From positions 297-64,296 of the forward strand of contig JAEDNL010000002.1 of NCBI GenBank assembly GCA_016302505.1: 64,000 nt of DNA, given 5' to 3'. Position 1 is the first letter of the stretch. Each line of letters starts with the position of its first letter. The stretch is from Bacilli bacterium. Lineage in GTDB: Bacteria; Bacillota_I; Bacilli_A; RF39; UBA660. Position numbers and translations under genes: made by a program. Below the pieces are notes generated by a model. That model was given only the letters and a program-made list of their open reading frames with translations. It was not told the DNA's origin and ran no database searches. This document shows, piece after piece, positions 53,300-63,502 of the stretch.

Positions 53300-55324
53300 A
53301 TGAAGAGGAATAAAATATTTGATTGTATTAACAAAAAAAATATTATATTGTATTTGAAGTCAAATATTTTATTTTTAGTTTATATTATTATGACTTTACT
53401 TTTGGATATTACGCTTAAGTTAATTACTATAGGAAATATTACATTTAGAGGATTAGTGTGTGATTTAATATTATCCTTAATAATTGGATCATTTATATAT
53501 TTTATTAAACCTAAAAAAAGATATATATATTTAACTATGTGGTTATTTATAGCTAGTATAATATGTATTATAAATACAATATATTATGAGTTTTATCAAT
53601 CTTATGTATCTGTAAATCTTATTAGAACAGCTAGTATGTTAGGAGAGGTACACAGTTCTTTATTTGAAAAACTTAAACTATATCAATTTATATATTTATT
53701 ATATCCTTTAATATTTTTATTAATTAATAAGTATATTAATACAAGGAATAAAGTAGTTATTTTAGAAAATAATAATAATGTTAAAAAGTTATATAAATAT
53801 ACTATCTTAGTTGCATTTTGTTTATTTTTTATAGTTATTATTACTCTTAGTAAATCACAAATGACTAAGTTTGTAAAACAATGGAATAAAAATTATATAG
53901 TTCATCAGTTTGGTATTTATACATATACAGTTAATGATATATTACAAAGTGTTAGACCAAAACTAACAACATCTGCTGAATATGATGAAGCTGCTCATGA
54001 TTTTAGAAATTATTATGCTTGTAAATGGGATGAAAAGAATAAAACTAATGAATATACTAATAAATTTAAAGGAAAGAATGTTTTATTTATTCATGCTGAG
54101 AGCATACAAAATTTCTTAATTAATTTAAAAATTAATGGTAAAGAAGTAACACCTAATATTAATAAATTTGTAAGTGAGGGAATGTATTTTAGTAATTTTT
54201 ATCCACAAATAAGTGTTGGTACATCATCTGATACTGAGTTTACTTTAACAACTGGTTTATTACCATCATCTAGTGGTACTGTTTTTGTAAATTATTATGA
54301 TAGAAAGTATTATTCTTTACCTAAATATTTTAATTATTTAGGATATTATACTTTTAGTACTCATGCTAATTATAAAGAATATTGGAATAGAAATACTATG
54401 TATAAAACACTTGGATATCATGACTTTTATTCAAGAGAGTATTTTAACGTTCCTGATGAAGATAGTAAAGATTTTATTGGTCTTGGGTTATCTGATAGTT
54501 CATTCTTTAAACAATTAATACCAATATTAAAAAATATTAAAATTAAAAACAAACCTTTTTATGGTACAGTTATTACCTTATCTAATCATTCACCTTTTAG
54601 TGATTTAGATAAATATGATGATTTTGATGTAAGTATGGATTATACATATAAAAATAATTATGGTTATAAAATCAAATCAAATTCTAATTATTTAGAAGGT
54701 ACTAAAATGGGTAATTATCTTAAAAGTGCTCATTATGCTGATAGTGCATTTGGTGAATTTATAAACAACTTAGAAAAAAATAATTTACTTGAAAATACTA
54801 TAATAATATTTTATGGTGATCATGAGTCTAGACTTGCTAGAAGCGAGTTTGATAAATTATATAATTATGATCCTTTGACTGATTCAATTAAAAATTCAGA
54901 TAGTGAAGGATATATAGATGTTAGTGGATATAATTATGATTTACTTAAGAATACTCCTTTTGTTATATGGTCATATGAAGAGGATTTAAGTAAGAACATA
55001 ACAGATGTTATGGGTATGTATGATGTTCTTCCAACTATTGCTAATATGTTTGGTTTTGATGAAAAATATTCATTGGGACATGATATATTTAGTGATTATG
55101 AAAAAATAGTTGTATTTCCAAATGGAAATGTACTTACAAATAACATATATTATAGTAATGCTAATGATGAATATATTACATTTAATGATGAGCCAATTGA
55201 TGCTGATTATATTGAAAAGTTAAAAGAATATTCTAATAAAATACTTGATATATCTAATGGTATTATTTATTATGATTTAATTGATAGAGAAGAGAAGTTA
55301 ATAGGAGAGTGTGAAAATGAGTAA
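53300..55324 (+). CDS. ltaS: LtaS-family lipoteichoic acid synthase / sulfatase-domain polyglycerolphosphate transferase
   Basis: 674 aa. Five N-terminal TMs, then an extracellular sulfatase-like domain (VLFIHAESIQNF, SSDTEFTLTTGLLPS, SNHSPF, FYGDHES). Confidence 0.85.
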   Translation: MKRNKIFDCINKKNIILYLKSNILFLVYIIMTLLLDITLKLITIGNITFRGLVCDLILSLIIGSFIYFIKPKKRYIYLTMWLFIASIICIINTIYYEFYQSYVSVNLIRTASMLGEVHSSLFEKLKLYQFIYLLYPLIFLLINKYINTRNKVVILENNNNVKKLYKYTILVAFCLFFIVIITLSKSQMTKFVKQWNKNYIVHQFGIYTYTVNDILQSVRPKLTTSAEYDEAAHDFRNYYACKWDEKNKTNEYTNKFKGKNVLFIHAESIQNFLINLKINGKEVTPNINKFVSEGMYFSNFYPQISVGTSSDTEFTLTTGLLPSSSGTVFVNYYDRKYYSLPKYFNYLGYYTFSTHANYKEYWNRNTMYKTLGYHDFYSREYFNVPDEDSKDFIGLGLSDSSFFKQLIPILKNIKIKNKPFYGTVITLSNHSPFSDLDKYDDFDVSMDYTYKNNYGYKIKSNSNYLEGTKMGNYLKSAHYADSAFGEFINNLEKNNLLENTIIIFYGDHESRLARSEFDKLYNYDPLTDSIKNSDSEGYIDVSGYNYDLLKNTPFVIWSYEEDLSKNITDVMGMYDVLPTIANMFGFDEKYSLGHDIFSDYEKIVVFPNGNVLTNNIYYSNANDEYITFNDEPIDADYIEKLKEYSNKILDISNGIIYYDLIDREEKLIGECENE

Positions 55325-55940
55325 AAGAAAGAATAAAAGTGATGCTTTAACAATAGTTGTTTTTGTTATTATAGGGGTAATATTATTTGGTTTTTTAGGA
55401 TATAGAGTTTATAATGATTTTTTTAATAAGCTTGATGCTAAAAAAGAACTTGATTCTATAGGATTATATGGATATAGTTTGCATGATAGGGATTCTAAAA
55501 CATATAAGGATACTTTTAAGGAGCTTAGTAAAACTTTAAATAGTGATAATATTGATTATAAAAATTATGCCACGTTGGCTTCTAAATTGTTTATAATGGA
55601 CTTATTTACTTTAGATAATAAGCTTGGTAGTACTGATATTGGTGGTTTACAATTTATTCATAAAGATTTAAAAGAAAACTTTAAAGAAAATATGGGAAAT
55701 ACTATTTATAAATATGTAGAAATAAATATAGATGGTAAGAAAACTCAAGAACTGCCAACTGTTAAAGATGTAACTGTTTCTGATGTTAAAGAAACAACTT
55801 ATAAATATAATAATAATAGTTATGATGCTTATATTGTTACTACTAGTTGGGAATATGAAAAAGATTTAGGTTATCAAAATTCAATGAAAATAACATTCAT
55901 TAAAGATAAAAATATATTATATATTGTAAAAGGGGAGTAA
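55311..55940 (+). CDS. Membrane-anchored protein of unknown function
   Basis: 209 aa. Overlaps the end of ltaS by 14 nt. Single N-terminal TM (LTIVVFVIIGVILFGFLGY). No motif recognised. Confidence 0.55.
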   Translation: MKMSKRKNKSDALTIVVFVIIGVILFGFLGYRVYNDFFNKLDAKKELDSIGLYGYSLHDRDSKTYKDTFKELSKTLNSDNIDYKNYATLASKLFIMDLFTLDNKLGSTDIGGLQFIHKDLKENFKENMGNTIYKYVEINIDGKKTQELPTVKDVTVSDVKETTYKYNNNSYDAYIVTTSWEYEKDLGYQNSMKITFIKDKNILYIVKGE

Positions 55941-55972
55941 TCCTCTTTTTTAATGCAATAATTTGTTAAATT

Positions 55973-55995
55973 AAAAAAAGCAACTATTCTGTTGC
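55973..55995 (-). terminator. Rho-independent terminator of the minus-strand cell-wall operon
   Basis: On the minus strand: GCAAC / GTTGC stem (55980-55995) that includes the stop codon, followed by a run of 7 U (plus-strand A-run 55973-55979). Confidence 0.55.
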
Positions 55996-57918
55996 TTCTT
56001 CAGTTTTAATAGTTTCAGTAGTTTCTTCAGTTTTAATACTTGGAGTAACTACTGTTTTTTTCTTTACATATATTGTAAGTGTTGATAATTGATCAATTAT
56101 AGTATCTTTATGTTCTTTTTGACTATGGTAATTATAATCATTCCAGTTAGAAATATTTACTGTTTGGTTATTATCTACATTTATAAATGATAATTTAAGC
56201 TTATTAGTAGATGCATACGATTTAATTTGGTCTACAGTATATCCAGACATACTTTTTAAAGTATTTATTTTAGCTTGATTATATTTTCCTTGTCCGACTA
56301 ATGTTTCTTTGTATGGATTATTTAAATCAAATGATGTTTTCTTTATTAAGTTATTATTATTTGATTCACTTAAATTATTTTTAATTTCTTTTTTAATATC
56401 ATTTATACTTCCCGTGTATGGTATTGTAACAGCCGGATAGCTCTTTGATGATGGTTCATATACATGATGCCATGCATTGTATCCTGATAATTGACTTCTT
56501 TGAATATTTACTAAGTTTGTATTGTCTGATATAACAATTGATTTAGCTAGATTATAAAGTGATAATACATCTTTAGATTTAATATTTGTTTGAAAGTTTG
56601 CTTTAACTGTTTCTAGAACATTTATAGCTTGATTTGGATCTCTTAATTTAGTTCCTGCTTCAACTATACCAAGTATTACTTTCATTTGATTTTTACCTCT
56701 TGTATAGTCATTTCTAGTTCCTTCATTATAACTTGCACAATGTTTTGCCATTTGTTTACCAGCACCAGATCCATCATTTGGTTTATGTCTGTTTCTTGAC
56801 ATTGCGAGTGCTTGTTCACCATTTAAATGTTGTTTTCCTTTTAATACAGTTATTGTATTATCTCCCCATTGTCTTGAACTATTTTGTTCACAGAATGAAT
56901 ATGGTACTTCTACATCTATTCCACCAACCGCATCAACTAATTGTACAACTCCTTTAAAGTTTATCTTTGCATAATAGTCAATATTAGTACCAAATAATTT
57001 TTCCATTGTATTAACTGCACATTCTGATGAACTTCCCCAAGTAACAGTGTTAATTCTTCTATAATTATTACCTGAACATGCTGTTTTTAAATACATATCT
57101 CTAGGTACTGATGTAAGCGTTGCTCTTAGTGTTTTAGGATTAAATGTTACTAGTAATAATACATCTGCATTATATCCTGATGTTACTCCATCTTTTGATG
57201 AATCAACACCTATAAATAACATTGTAAATGGTTTATTTAATGAAGCAGTTGTGTTTGTTGAATTGTTTTCTTTTGATTCATATTTTTTAGTTTTTTCATA
57301 AAGTACTACAGTTTCTTCTTTAATATTTTCATATCCATCTAATGAATAAAACATATCAGTATAGTTTGAACTAAAGAATGCTGCGTCTACTTCTTTGTTT
57401 TTAAGCGCATATAATAATTCCATTGTTGATTCGTATTTTTCTATAGTATTATTTTTATCTAATTTTAATTCATCTATTATTTCATTTGGAAGAGTATATC
57501 CTTCAACATCACTACTGTCTGTAATAATGCCTATTTTGGCTTTATATAAATCTTTATATGTTTTATATTTTTTATTGTAAGTTACTAGTGATGAACTAGC
57601 TGTATTTTTAGTATCACTATAAGAGTCAATTGTTTTATATATTTTATTTAAATAATAGTAACCACCAAATTGAATTATTGATACTAGTAAACACATAATT
57701 AGTGGCACTATAAATGCTGATTTGTTTTTCTTTTTAATACTTCTAAGTAATAAGTAACTTATAAAAATAAGTAAATATAGAAGAACTAATATTCCATATA
57801 TTCTATAGAAAGTTTCAACACCTTTATATAAAACAAGGCTATAGCCTAGGAGACCTAGGCTTATTAGTTGTAATAATATTAATATTATACTTAGTAATGC
57901 TTTTACTTTTTTATTCAT
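55984..57918 (-). CDS. LytR-CpsA-Psr (LCP) family glycopolymer ligase with extra domains
   Basis: 644 aa. N-terminal TMs. A periplasmic-binding-protein-like insert (KIGIITDSSDVEGYTLPNE...LYALKNKEVDAAFFSSNY). LCP core (MLFIGVDS...ADVLLLVTFNPKTLRATLTSVPRDMY...INFKGVVQLVDAVGGIDV...ALAMSRNRH). A C-terminal extension. Confidence 0.8.
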   Translation of the reverse strand: MNKKVKALLSIILILLQLISLGLLGYSLVLYKGVETFYRIYGILVLLYLLIFISYLLLRSIKKKNKSAFIVPLIMCLLVSIIQFGGYYYLNKIYKTIDSYSDTKNTASSSLVTYNKKYKTYKDLYKAKIGIITDSSDVEGYTLPNEIIDELKLDKNNTIEKYESTMELLYALKNKEVDAAFFSSNYTDMFYSLDGYENIKEETVVLYEKTKKYESKENNSTNTTASLNKPFTMLFIGVDSSKDGVTSGYNADVLLLVTFNPKTLRATLTSVPRDMYLKTACSGNNYRRINTVTWGSSSECAVNTMEKLFGTNIDYYAKINFKGVVQLVDAVGGIDVEVPYSFCEQNSSRQWGDNTITVLKGKQHLNGEQALAMSRNRHKPNDGSGAGKQMAKHCASYNEGTRNDYTRGKNQMKVILGIVEAGTKLRDPNQAINVLETVKANFQTNIKSKDVLSLYNLAKSIVISDNTNLVNIQRSQLSGYNAWHHVYEPSSKSYPAVTIPYTGSINDIKKEIKNNLSESNNNNLIKKTSFDLNNPYKETLVGQGKYNQAKINTLKSMSGYTVDQIKSYASTNKLKLSFINVDNNQTVNISNWNDYNYHSQKEHKDTIIDQLSTLTIYVKKKTVVTPSIKTEETTETIKTEEATE

Positions 57919-59389
57919 TTTCTTTAGTCACTTCTTCTTTCTTTTTCATATTTGACTTTTTTGTTGACTTTGCGGTTTTTTTAGTAGTAGTTTTCTTTTT
58001 TACTGTTGTATTTTTTTTTACATCTTTTAATTTTTCTTCTTCAAGTTTCTTTTCTTCTTCTTGTTGACGCAATAATTCTTCTTGTTTTTTTCTTTCCTCA
58101 AGTAGTTTTCTTTTTCTTCTTTTATTTTTCCTCATTTTTGATAGTAATATACATATTAATATACATATTATTATAGTTGTTTCTGCTCCTAAAAAGACTA
58201 TGATTTCTGTATACATTTTTATTTTTTCTTTATAATGTTTTGTCATTTCATCGGTATATATAATAGCAGTATTATTTTTACTATCATATAAATAATAGTT
58301 ATCTTTTCCATTTGTTAAATCTTTTGCTTTTATAATAGCATATTCGCTATCTTTTTGAGCTAGTGCTTTTACTTCAATGTTATTTATTTTAATAGTTTTT
58401 TCTTTATAAGCACTATCAAATTTTTTATCTATATCAAGTGGTAATAATTTTAATTTTTCAAGTGATATTTCATTATATTCTTTATATGATTTGTCTTTTT
58501 CATTATATAAATATAATTTTATATTTCCTTCACTATCTTTAAGTGCGATTAATGTTACATTAGCAGATTCATTAAATAGGGAAGGCACTTTTTGACCATC
58601 TATTTCTATTTCTTTTATTTCAAAGTTTTCTTTGCTTTCTATACTGCTTGTTCTTTTTACTATAACATAATCTTTATCATTTATTTTAACAGTTATTGGA
58701 TTAGGATCAATTACACTTACAATTAATGTGTATTCTTTAGTACTTCCATTTTCTGCAGTGACTGTTATTACAAATTTATTTTCTCCTTCGGATACTTCAT
58801 GTTCACCATCTCCATTAACACTGGCAGATGAATCATTTTTACGAGCATTAATATTTACTTTGGTTGTATCTGAGGGTACTTCTACTTTATAGTTTGTTTC
58901 ATCTTTTGAGAAAGAAGGGGATAAGTCGTACCCATCTACTGATAAACTTTTTAAAGTATTGTCTTTTGAATATGATGCTTCTAGTTCTGCTTGAGTAATT
59001 ACTTTTACTGTTTTTGATCTTCTATTCATAGAAAGTTTATTTTCATTTTTATCATAGGCACCAGCAGATTTAACTGTGACAGTTCCACTTCCTTTAGCGA
59101 TTGCTTTTAATGTCCATGTTTTACTTCTTGCGTTTTCGCCATAATCACTAAAGAAATAAACATTTCCTCCGCTTACTAATTTAAATTTGCTTTTATCATA
59201 GTCAAGTGTCCATTCCCATGAACCTAATGTTGCGCTTGATGATATTTTAGTTGATACTGTAAATGTTCCTCCAACTACTACTTTACTCTTATTTGTTGAC
59301 ACGGATATTGTTGCTGATGCTGCATGAACAGATAGGGTAAAAGTAAATGTAAGAAGTATTGTTAATAAATATTTTGTAATCTTTTTCAT
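57911..59389 (-). CDS. Membrane-anchored cohesin-domain protein with cadherin-like beta-sandwich domain
   Basis: 492 aa. Signal peptide ...LSVHA/ASA. Cohesin-like ATISVSTNKSKVVVGGTFTVSTKISSSATLGSWEWTLDYDKSKFKLVSG. Cadherin-like module NTLKSLSVDGYDLSPSFSKDETNYKVEV. TM (IIVFLGAETTIIICILICILL), then a Lys/Glu-rich cytoplasmic tail. Confidence 0.65.
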   Translation of the reverse strand: MKKITKYLLTILLTFTFTLSVHAASATISVSTNKSKVVVGGTFTVSTKISSSATLGSWEWTLDYDKSKFKLVSGGNVYFFSDYGENARSKTWTLKAIAKGSGTVTVKSAGAYDKNENKLSMNRRSKTVKVITQAELEASYSKDNTLKSLSVDGYDLSPSFSKDETNYKVEVPSDTTKVNINARKNDSSASVNGDGEHEVSEGENKFVITVTAENGSTKEYTLIVSVIDPNPITVKINDKDYVIVKRTSSIESKENFEIKEIEIDGQKVPSLFNESANVTLIALKDSEGNIKLYLYNEKDKSYKEYNEISLEKLKLLPLDIDKKFDSAYKEKTIKINNIEVKALAQKDSEYAIIKAKDLTNGKDNYYLYDSKNNTAIIYTDEMTKHYKEKIKMYTEIIVFLGAETTIIICILICILLSKMRKNKRRKRKLLEERKKQEELLRQQEEEKKLEEEKLKDVKKNTTVKKKTTTKKTAKSTKKSNMKKKEEVTKENE

Positions 59390-59397
59390 TCTTCCTC

Positions 59398-61542
59398 CTA
59401 TAATTGTTTATCACCTTTTAGATGTTTTTGAACTTGTAGTAAATCAAGTATTGTTATGTTATTATCGCCAGATGTATCTGCTGCGTAAAAATATGCTCCT
59501 GATAATTTTTTATCATTTTTTAAATGTTTTCTTATTTGAAGTAAATCAAGTATAGTAACATCTCCATCACCTGATGAGTCTCCTCTTACAACTATTGTGT
59601 AAGTTTTAGTATCTATTGCTGAGACTATTGTTATTTTTTGACCTGTTGCTAGTTTTGTATTATCACTTTGTACTTTTCCGTTAGAATTAGTAACAATTAT
59701 GTTTTTAGCACCACTTTTAATTAAATTGTTTTTAAGATCACTAATTAATGTTTTAGTTCTTATATTAGTTAAATAACCATTTTTATCATTAATATATGAT
59801 GAATTAATTATATCTTTATTAGATGTTGTATCTTCAACTTTATGAATAGTAACTGTATATTGTTTTTTAATACCAGTTTGAGATGTTACTGTTATAGTAA
59901 TATCAGTTTCATCTTCTTTAAGTTCATATTCACCTGTGCCAGTTATAGTTGAGTTAGAACTTTGTAAGTTAGCTTTAATAGTTACCTTATTAGTCGTTTT
60001 AGGAACATATGAATCATATGTTAATACATCTTTATCAAATGAAGGAGTGATATTATAATTTACAACTTCTAATTTAGATAAATGGTTATTATTGTCACCG
60101 CTCTTCGGTAGAGAAGTGTAATTAGGCATATTGTTATAAACAGGAATTCTAAATATAAATGTTTGACCTATATTTCCACCATTAACATATGCATTATAAG
60201 CAGAACTTCCTTCAGTAGCAGGTGCTTGTATATTTGTTTGATATTGATGAGTATATTTAGATGATGTTGTATCAGTACTTACATTAAATTTTTGAAAATA
60301 TAATGTGTTTTGACCTTTGGTAATGTAACTTACTGCTAGGAATGATGCTCCTTCTTTAATAGCAGTTTCTACATTATTCCATTCACTACCTTTTCTATCG
60401 ATAAGTTTTGCTGCATAAGCAAGTCCTCTTACTACAGGATCATTTGTATAATCATCTTTGTGTGCTCCGATATTAAAGAAGTTATAGTAACCACTTCTAG
60501 TTTGTCCTCTATATGTAAAGCTTCTACCATCAGTTGAAGCACTACCATCACTACTTACTTCTTGTCTGATTCTACTGGCAATATGTACAGGGCTTATTCC
60601 AAGTGACTTGCCAGCATTAAACATTGGAACAGTATATTTATCATCTTTTAATTTACCATTTCCAAATATAGCTTTTGTTAGACTAGGGTAAGAACTTTCT
60701 AAACTCTTATCGTAATCTAATTTTTCAAACATAAACATATATTTTTCATTTAACCAGTTTCTTGGGTCTAAATAGAAGGCTACTACTTCGCTATTTACAT
60801 AATACCAGTTTTTGCCTTCAGCTGGTGTTGAAGATGTTCTATAACTGTCATTAGTTGTTTGCATATAGTTTTTACCAGTTTCTTTATTAACTGAAGTATT
60901 AAAATCTAAATTAGTTTTATCTGCTATAAATTTCCAATTAGGATATTTTTTATGTAAATAAGTTAAATATGGAATATATGTATCAGGAAAACCTGCGTTA
61001 CTTAATTCTTTTGAATAATTATCATCACTAGCTGTTATATCACTTTTTTTAATAACATAATTTTTACTAACATATCCAATTTTATTTCCATAATACTGTA
61101 CTTTGTACCAATCACCATATGTTCCTAAGATTGTTACATTAACGCCTATAGAAAGTCCTTCAATATATTTTCCACCAGGACTTTGTCTTACTGAAACATC
61201 ATTTCCATATATTCTAGCTGACCAATCTATTACTGTTACATCAGAATTTGATTTATCAACTTTTTTGACATACCTACTACAAACGTAGCCTTGTCTTTCT
61301 TTATATAAAACTTTTGCCCATTTTTGTTTACACCCAGTTCCGGAATATAAAGTATCTTCAAGAACAGTTATTTCTGTTCCTCTGTTAACGCTTACTATTA
61401 CATTATGGTTAGTACCAGCCCCACTTCTTATTCTTACATCATTACCATTTATCTCAGCATCATAACCACTAGCATTTATATATAGTGGAATACACATAAA
61501 AAATATAAGAGAAAATATTATTTTAATTGCTTTCTTTTTCAT
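59398..61542 (-). CDS. Secreted peptidoglycan hydrolase: 2x SH3b, GH73 N-acetylglucosaminidase, cadherin-like module, C-terminal dockerin
   Basis: I prefer the start at 61542 (AAGGAG 7 nt upstream, giving signal peptide MKKKAIKIIFSLIFFMCIPLYINA) over the track's 61602. SH3b-like NGNDVRIRSGAGTNH...GYV occurs twice. GH73-like ISPVHIASRIRQEVSS...GYYNFFNIGAH. Dockerin duplicated F-hand: GDSSGDGDVTILDLLQIRKHL and DTSGDNNITILDLLQVQKHL. Confidence 0.8.
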   Translation of the reverse strand: MKKKAIKIIFSLIFFMCIPLYINASGYDAEINGNDVRIRSGAGTNHNVIVSVNRGTEITVLEDTLYSGTGCKQKWAKVLYKERQGYVCSRYVKKVDKSNSDVTVIDWSARIYGNDVSVRQSPGGKYIEGLSIGVNVTILGTYGDWYKVQYYGNKIGYVSKNYVIKKSDITASDDNYSKELSNAGFPDTYIPYLTYLHKKYPNWKFIADKTNLDFNTSVNKETGKNYMQTTNDSYRTSSTPAEGKNWYYVNSEVVAFYLDPRNWLNEKYMFMFEKLDYDKSLESSYPSLTKAIFGNGKLKDDKYTVPMFNAGKSLGISPVHIASRIRQEVSSDGSASTDGRSFTYRGQTRSGYYNFFNIGAHKDDYTNDPVVRGLAYAAKLIDRKGSEWNNVETAIKEGASFLAVSYITKGQNTLYFQKFNVSTDTTSSKYTHQYQTNIQAPATEGSSAYNAYVNGGNIGQTFIFRIPVYNNMPNYTSLPKSGDNNNHLSKLEVVNYNITPSFDKDVLTYDSYVPKTTNKVTIKANLQSSNSTITGTGEYELKEDETDITITVTSQTGIKKQYTVTIHKVEDTTSNKDIINSSYINDKNGYLTNIRTKTLISDLKNNLIKSGAKNIIVTNSNGKVQSDNTKLATGQKITIVSAIDTKTYTIVVRGDSSGDGDVTILDLLQIRKHLKNDKKLSGAYFYAADTSGDNNITILDLLQVQKHLKGDKQL

Positions 61543-61661
61543 ATATACTCCTTTTATTATCATTATCATTATAATTATAACAAAATTCGATATTTTTTTC
61601 ATCTTTTTAAGGTAAATTTACATATAAATATGTTATAATAGCTAATTAAAGAGGTGTTATA

Positions 61662-62336
61662 ATGAAAAAGAAAGAGAAAATTACTATTAATTCTAAAATA
61701 ATACTAATTATATTGGAAATTTTATTATTGATTTCACTAGTTATTAATATTTATCTTTTTAGTATTAAGAAAAATATTAATTTACTTGATGAAAATATTG
61801 TTTTTTTTGGGGACTCTATTACTAATGGATATAAAATAGAAGAGTTTTATCCAAAAAATAACGTAATTAATAGTGGTATTAGTGGTAATATTACAGAAAA
61901 TTTATTAGAAAGAATGGATGATGTATATAAATATAATCCATCTAAAGTATTTTTACTTATTGGTATTAATGACTTAAATAGGGGTTATAGTAGTGATGAA
62001 ATATTATCTAATATGCAAAAAATAATTAATAATATTAAAACTCATAGAAAGTATACTAAAATATATATTGAGTCTATTTATCCTATAAATAGAAATGTTT
62101 TTGAAGATAAAGATTATTCATTTAATGAAGACATTACAAATGACACTATTAAAGAAATAAATGATAAAATTAAGGATATGTGTAAAGAAAATAATGTCCA
62201 ATATATTGATGTTTTTAGTAATTTGTTAGATTCAGAAGGTAATTTAAAAGATATTTATACTAAAGAGGGACTTCATTTAAGTGATCTTGGTTATTTTAAA
62301 GTTACATCTAGTTTGAGTAAGTATGTAAGTGAATAA
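61662..62336 (+). CDS. SGNH/GDSL-family hydrolase, membrane-anchored
   Basis: 224 aa. N-terminal TM. Block I VFFGDSITNGY, block III IGINDL, block V-like GLHLSDLGY. Confidence 0.8.
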   Translation: MKKKEKITINSKIILIILEILLLISLVINIYLFSIKKNINLLDENIVFFGDSITNGYKIEEFYPKNNVINSGISGNITENLLERMDDVYKYNPSKVFLLIGINDLNRGYSSDEILSNMQKIINNIKTHRKYTKIYIESIYPINRNVFEDKDYSFNEDITNDTIKEINDKIKDMCKENNVQYIDVFSNLLDSEGNLKDIYTKEGLHLSDLGYFKVTSSLSKYVSE

Positions 62337-62394
62337 AAATTTTATATAGTTAAAATAATAAATATGGTATAATTATAATTAAGGATGTGAAATA

Positions 62395-63456
62395 ATGAAT
62401 ATTGAAGTTAATGGTCATAATATATTTATTATAGTAACTACATGTTTTTTAGCATCATTGATATTTGTTCAACTTATGAAAAAAGTTGCTATATTTTTAA
62501 AGATAATGGACGTTCCAAATGATCCTAGAAAGATACACAAAAAACCAATACCATTACTAGGAGGTCTTGGAATATATTTTGCATTTTTACTTGGATACAT
62601 GGCTTTTGCGCCTAAAAACAATTTAATGATTTCAATATTAATTTCATCTTTTTTAATTATACTTTTAGGTCTATTTGATGATATGACTAAGAGTGAAACT
62701 CCAATGCCAAATAAATATAAATGGTTAGTTCAATTGATAGTTGCTGCAATAGTTGTATTTTATGGGGGACTTGAGCTTACCAAAGTTACTTTATTTGGAA
62801 TTAAAATTAATTTTACAGCAGTGCCTTTACTACCTGAATTATTATCAATATTTATAATAATTGCAACTATCAATGCTATTAATTTAATAGATGGACTTGA
62901 TGGATTATGTGCTGGTATTTCTTCAATATATTTTTTAACAATCGCAATAATAGGATTTATATTAAATAAGTTTGGTGGTCTTGATATTATTTTATGTTTA
63001 ATTATGCTTGGAAGTACTCTTGGTTATTTAGTACATAATTTTCCGCCTGCTAGAGTATATCAAGGAGATGCAGGAAGTACATTCTTAGGATTTATGATTT
63101 CTGTTATATTTTTATTAGGATTTAAAACAACTACGCTTACTTCACTAATAATACCATTATTGATTTTAGCTATCCCAATTATGGATACATTATGTGCAAT
63201 TATAAGAAGAAAATTAAAAGGTCAAAAAATAGATCATGCAGATAAAGAGCATCTACATCATCAACTATTAAAGAAATTATCTAAAAAGAGTACTTTACTT
63301 GTAATATATGGTATAAATATAATATTTTCATTAACTAGTATTTTCTATGCAGTAGGTGATAAAAAAGAAGCTGCTGTGTGTTATGTAATAATAGCATTTA
63401 TTGTATTATTTTTAGTATTTAAAACTAATATTATATTTGAAAGGTCTAAAAAATAG
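62395..63456 (+). CDS. tagO: MraY/WecA-family UDP-GlcNAc:undecaprenyl-phosphate GlcNAc-1-phosphate transferase (TagO-like)
   Basis: 353 aa, polytopic. PLLGGLGIYFAF, GLFDDM, NAINLIDGLDGL and YQGDAGSTFLGF are the hallmark GT4/MraY-family blocks. Confidence 0.85.
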   Translation: MNIEVNGHNIFIIVTTCFLASLIFVQLMKKVAIFLKIMDVPNDPRKIHKKPIPLLGGLGIYFAFLLGYMAFAPKNNLMISILISSFLIILLGLFDDMTKSETPMPNKYKWLVQLIVAAIVVFYGGLELTKVTLFGIKINFTAVPLLPELLSIFIIIATINAINLIDGLDGLCAGISSIYFLTIAIIGFILNKFGGLDIILCLIMLGSTLGYLVHNFPPARVYQGDAGSTFLGFMISVIFLLGFKTTTLTSLIIPLLILAIPIMDTLCAIIRRKLKGQKIDHADKEHLHHQLLKKLSKKSTLLVIYGINIIFSLTSIFYAVGDKKEAAVCYVIIAFIVLFLVFKTNIIFERSKK

Positions 63457-63502
63457 ACCTTTTCGTTTTATTGTGTTATTATATTTATAAGGAGAAAATA
63501 AA

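Noticed and set aside
9067-61602. The ORF track gives upstream alternative starts: TTG 9067, ATG 3452, TTG 45894, GTG 52360, ATG 61602.
   Set aside because: In each case an in-frame ATG a few codons downstream is preceded at 6-9 nt by a GGAGG/AAGGAG-type RBS. For 61542 that start also yields a proper signal peptide. The longer forms are probably just the maximal-ORF extension. The 3452/3497 choice remains uncertain.
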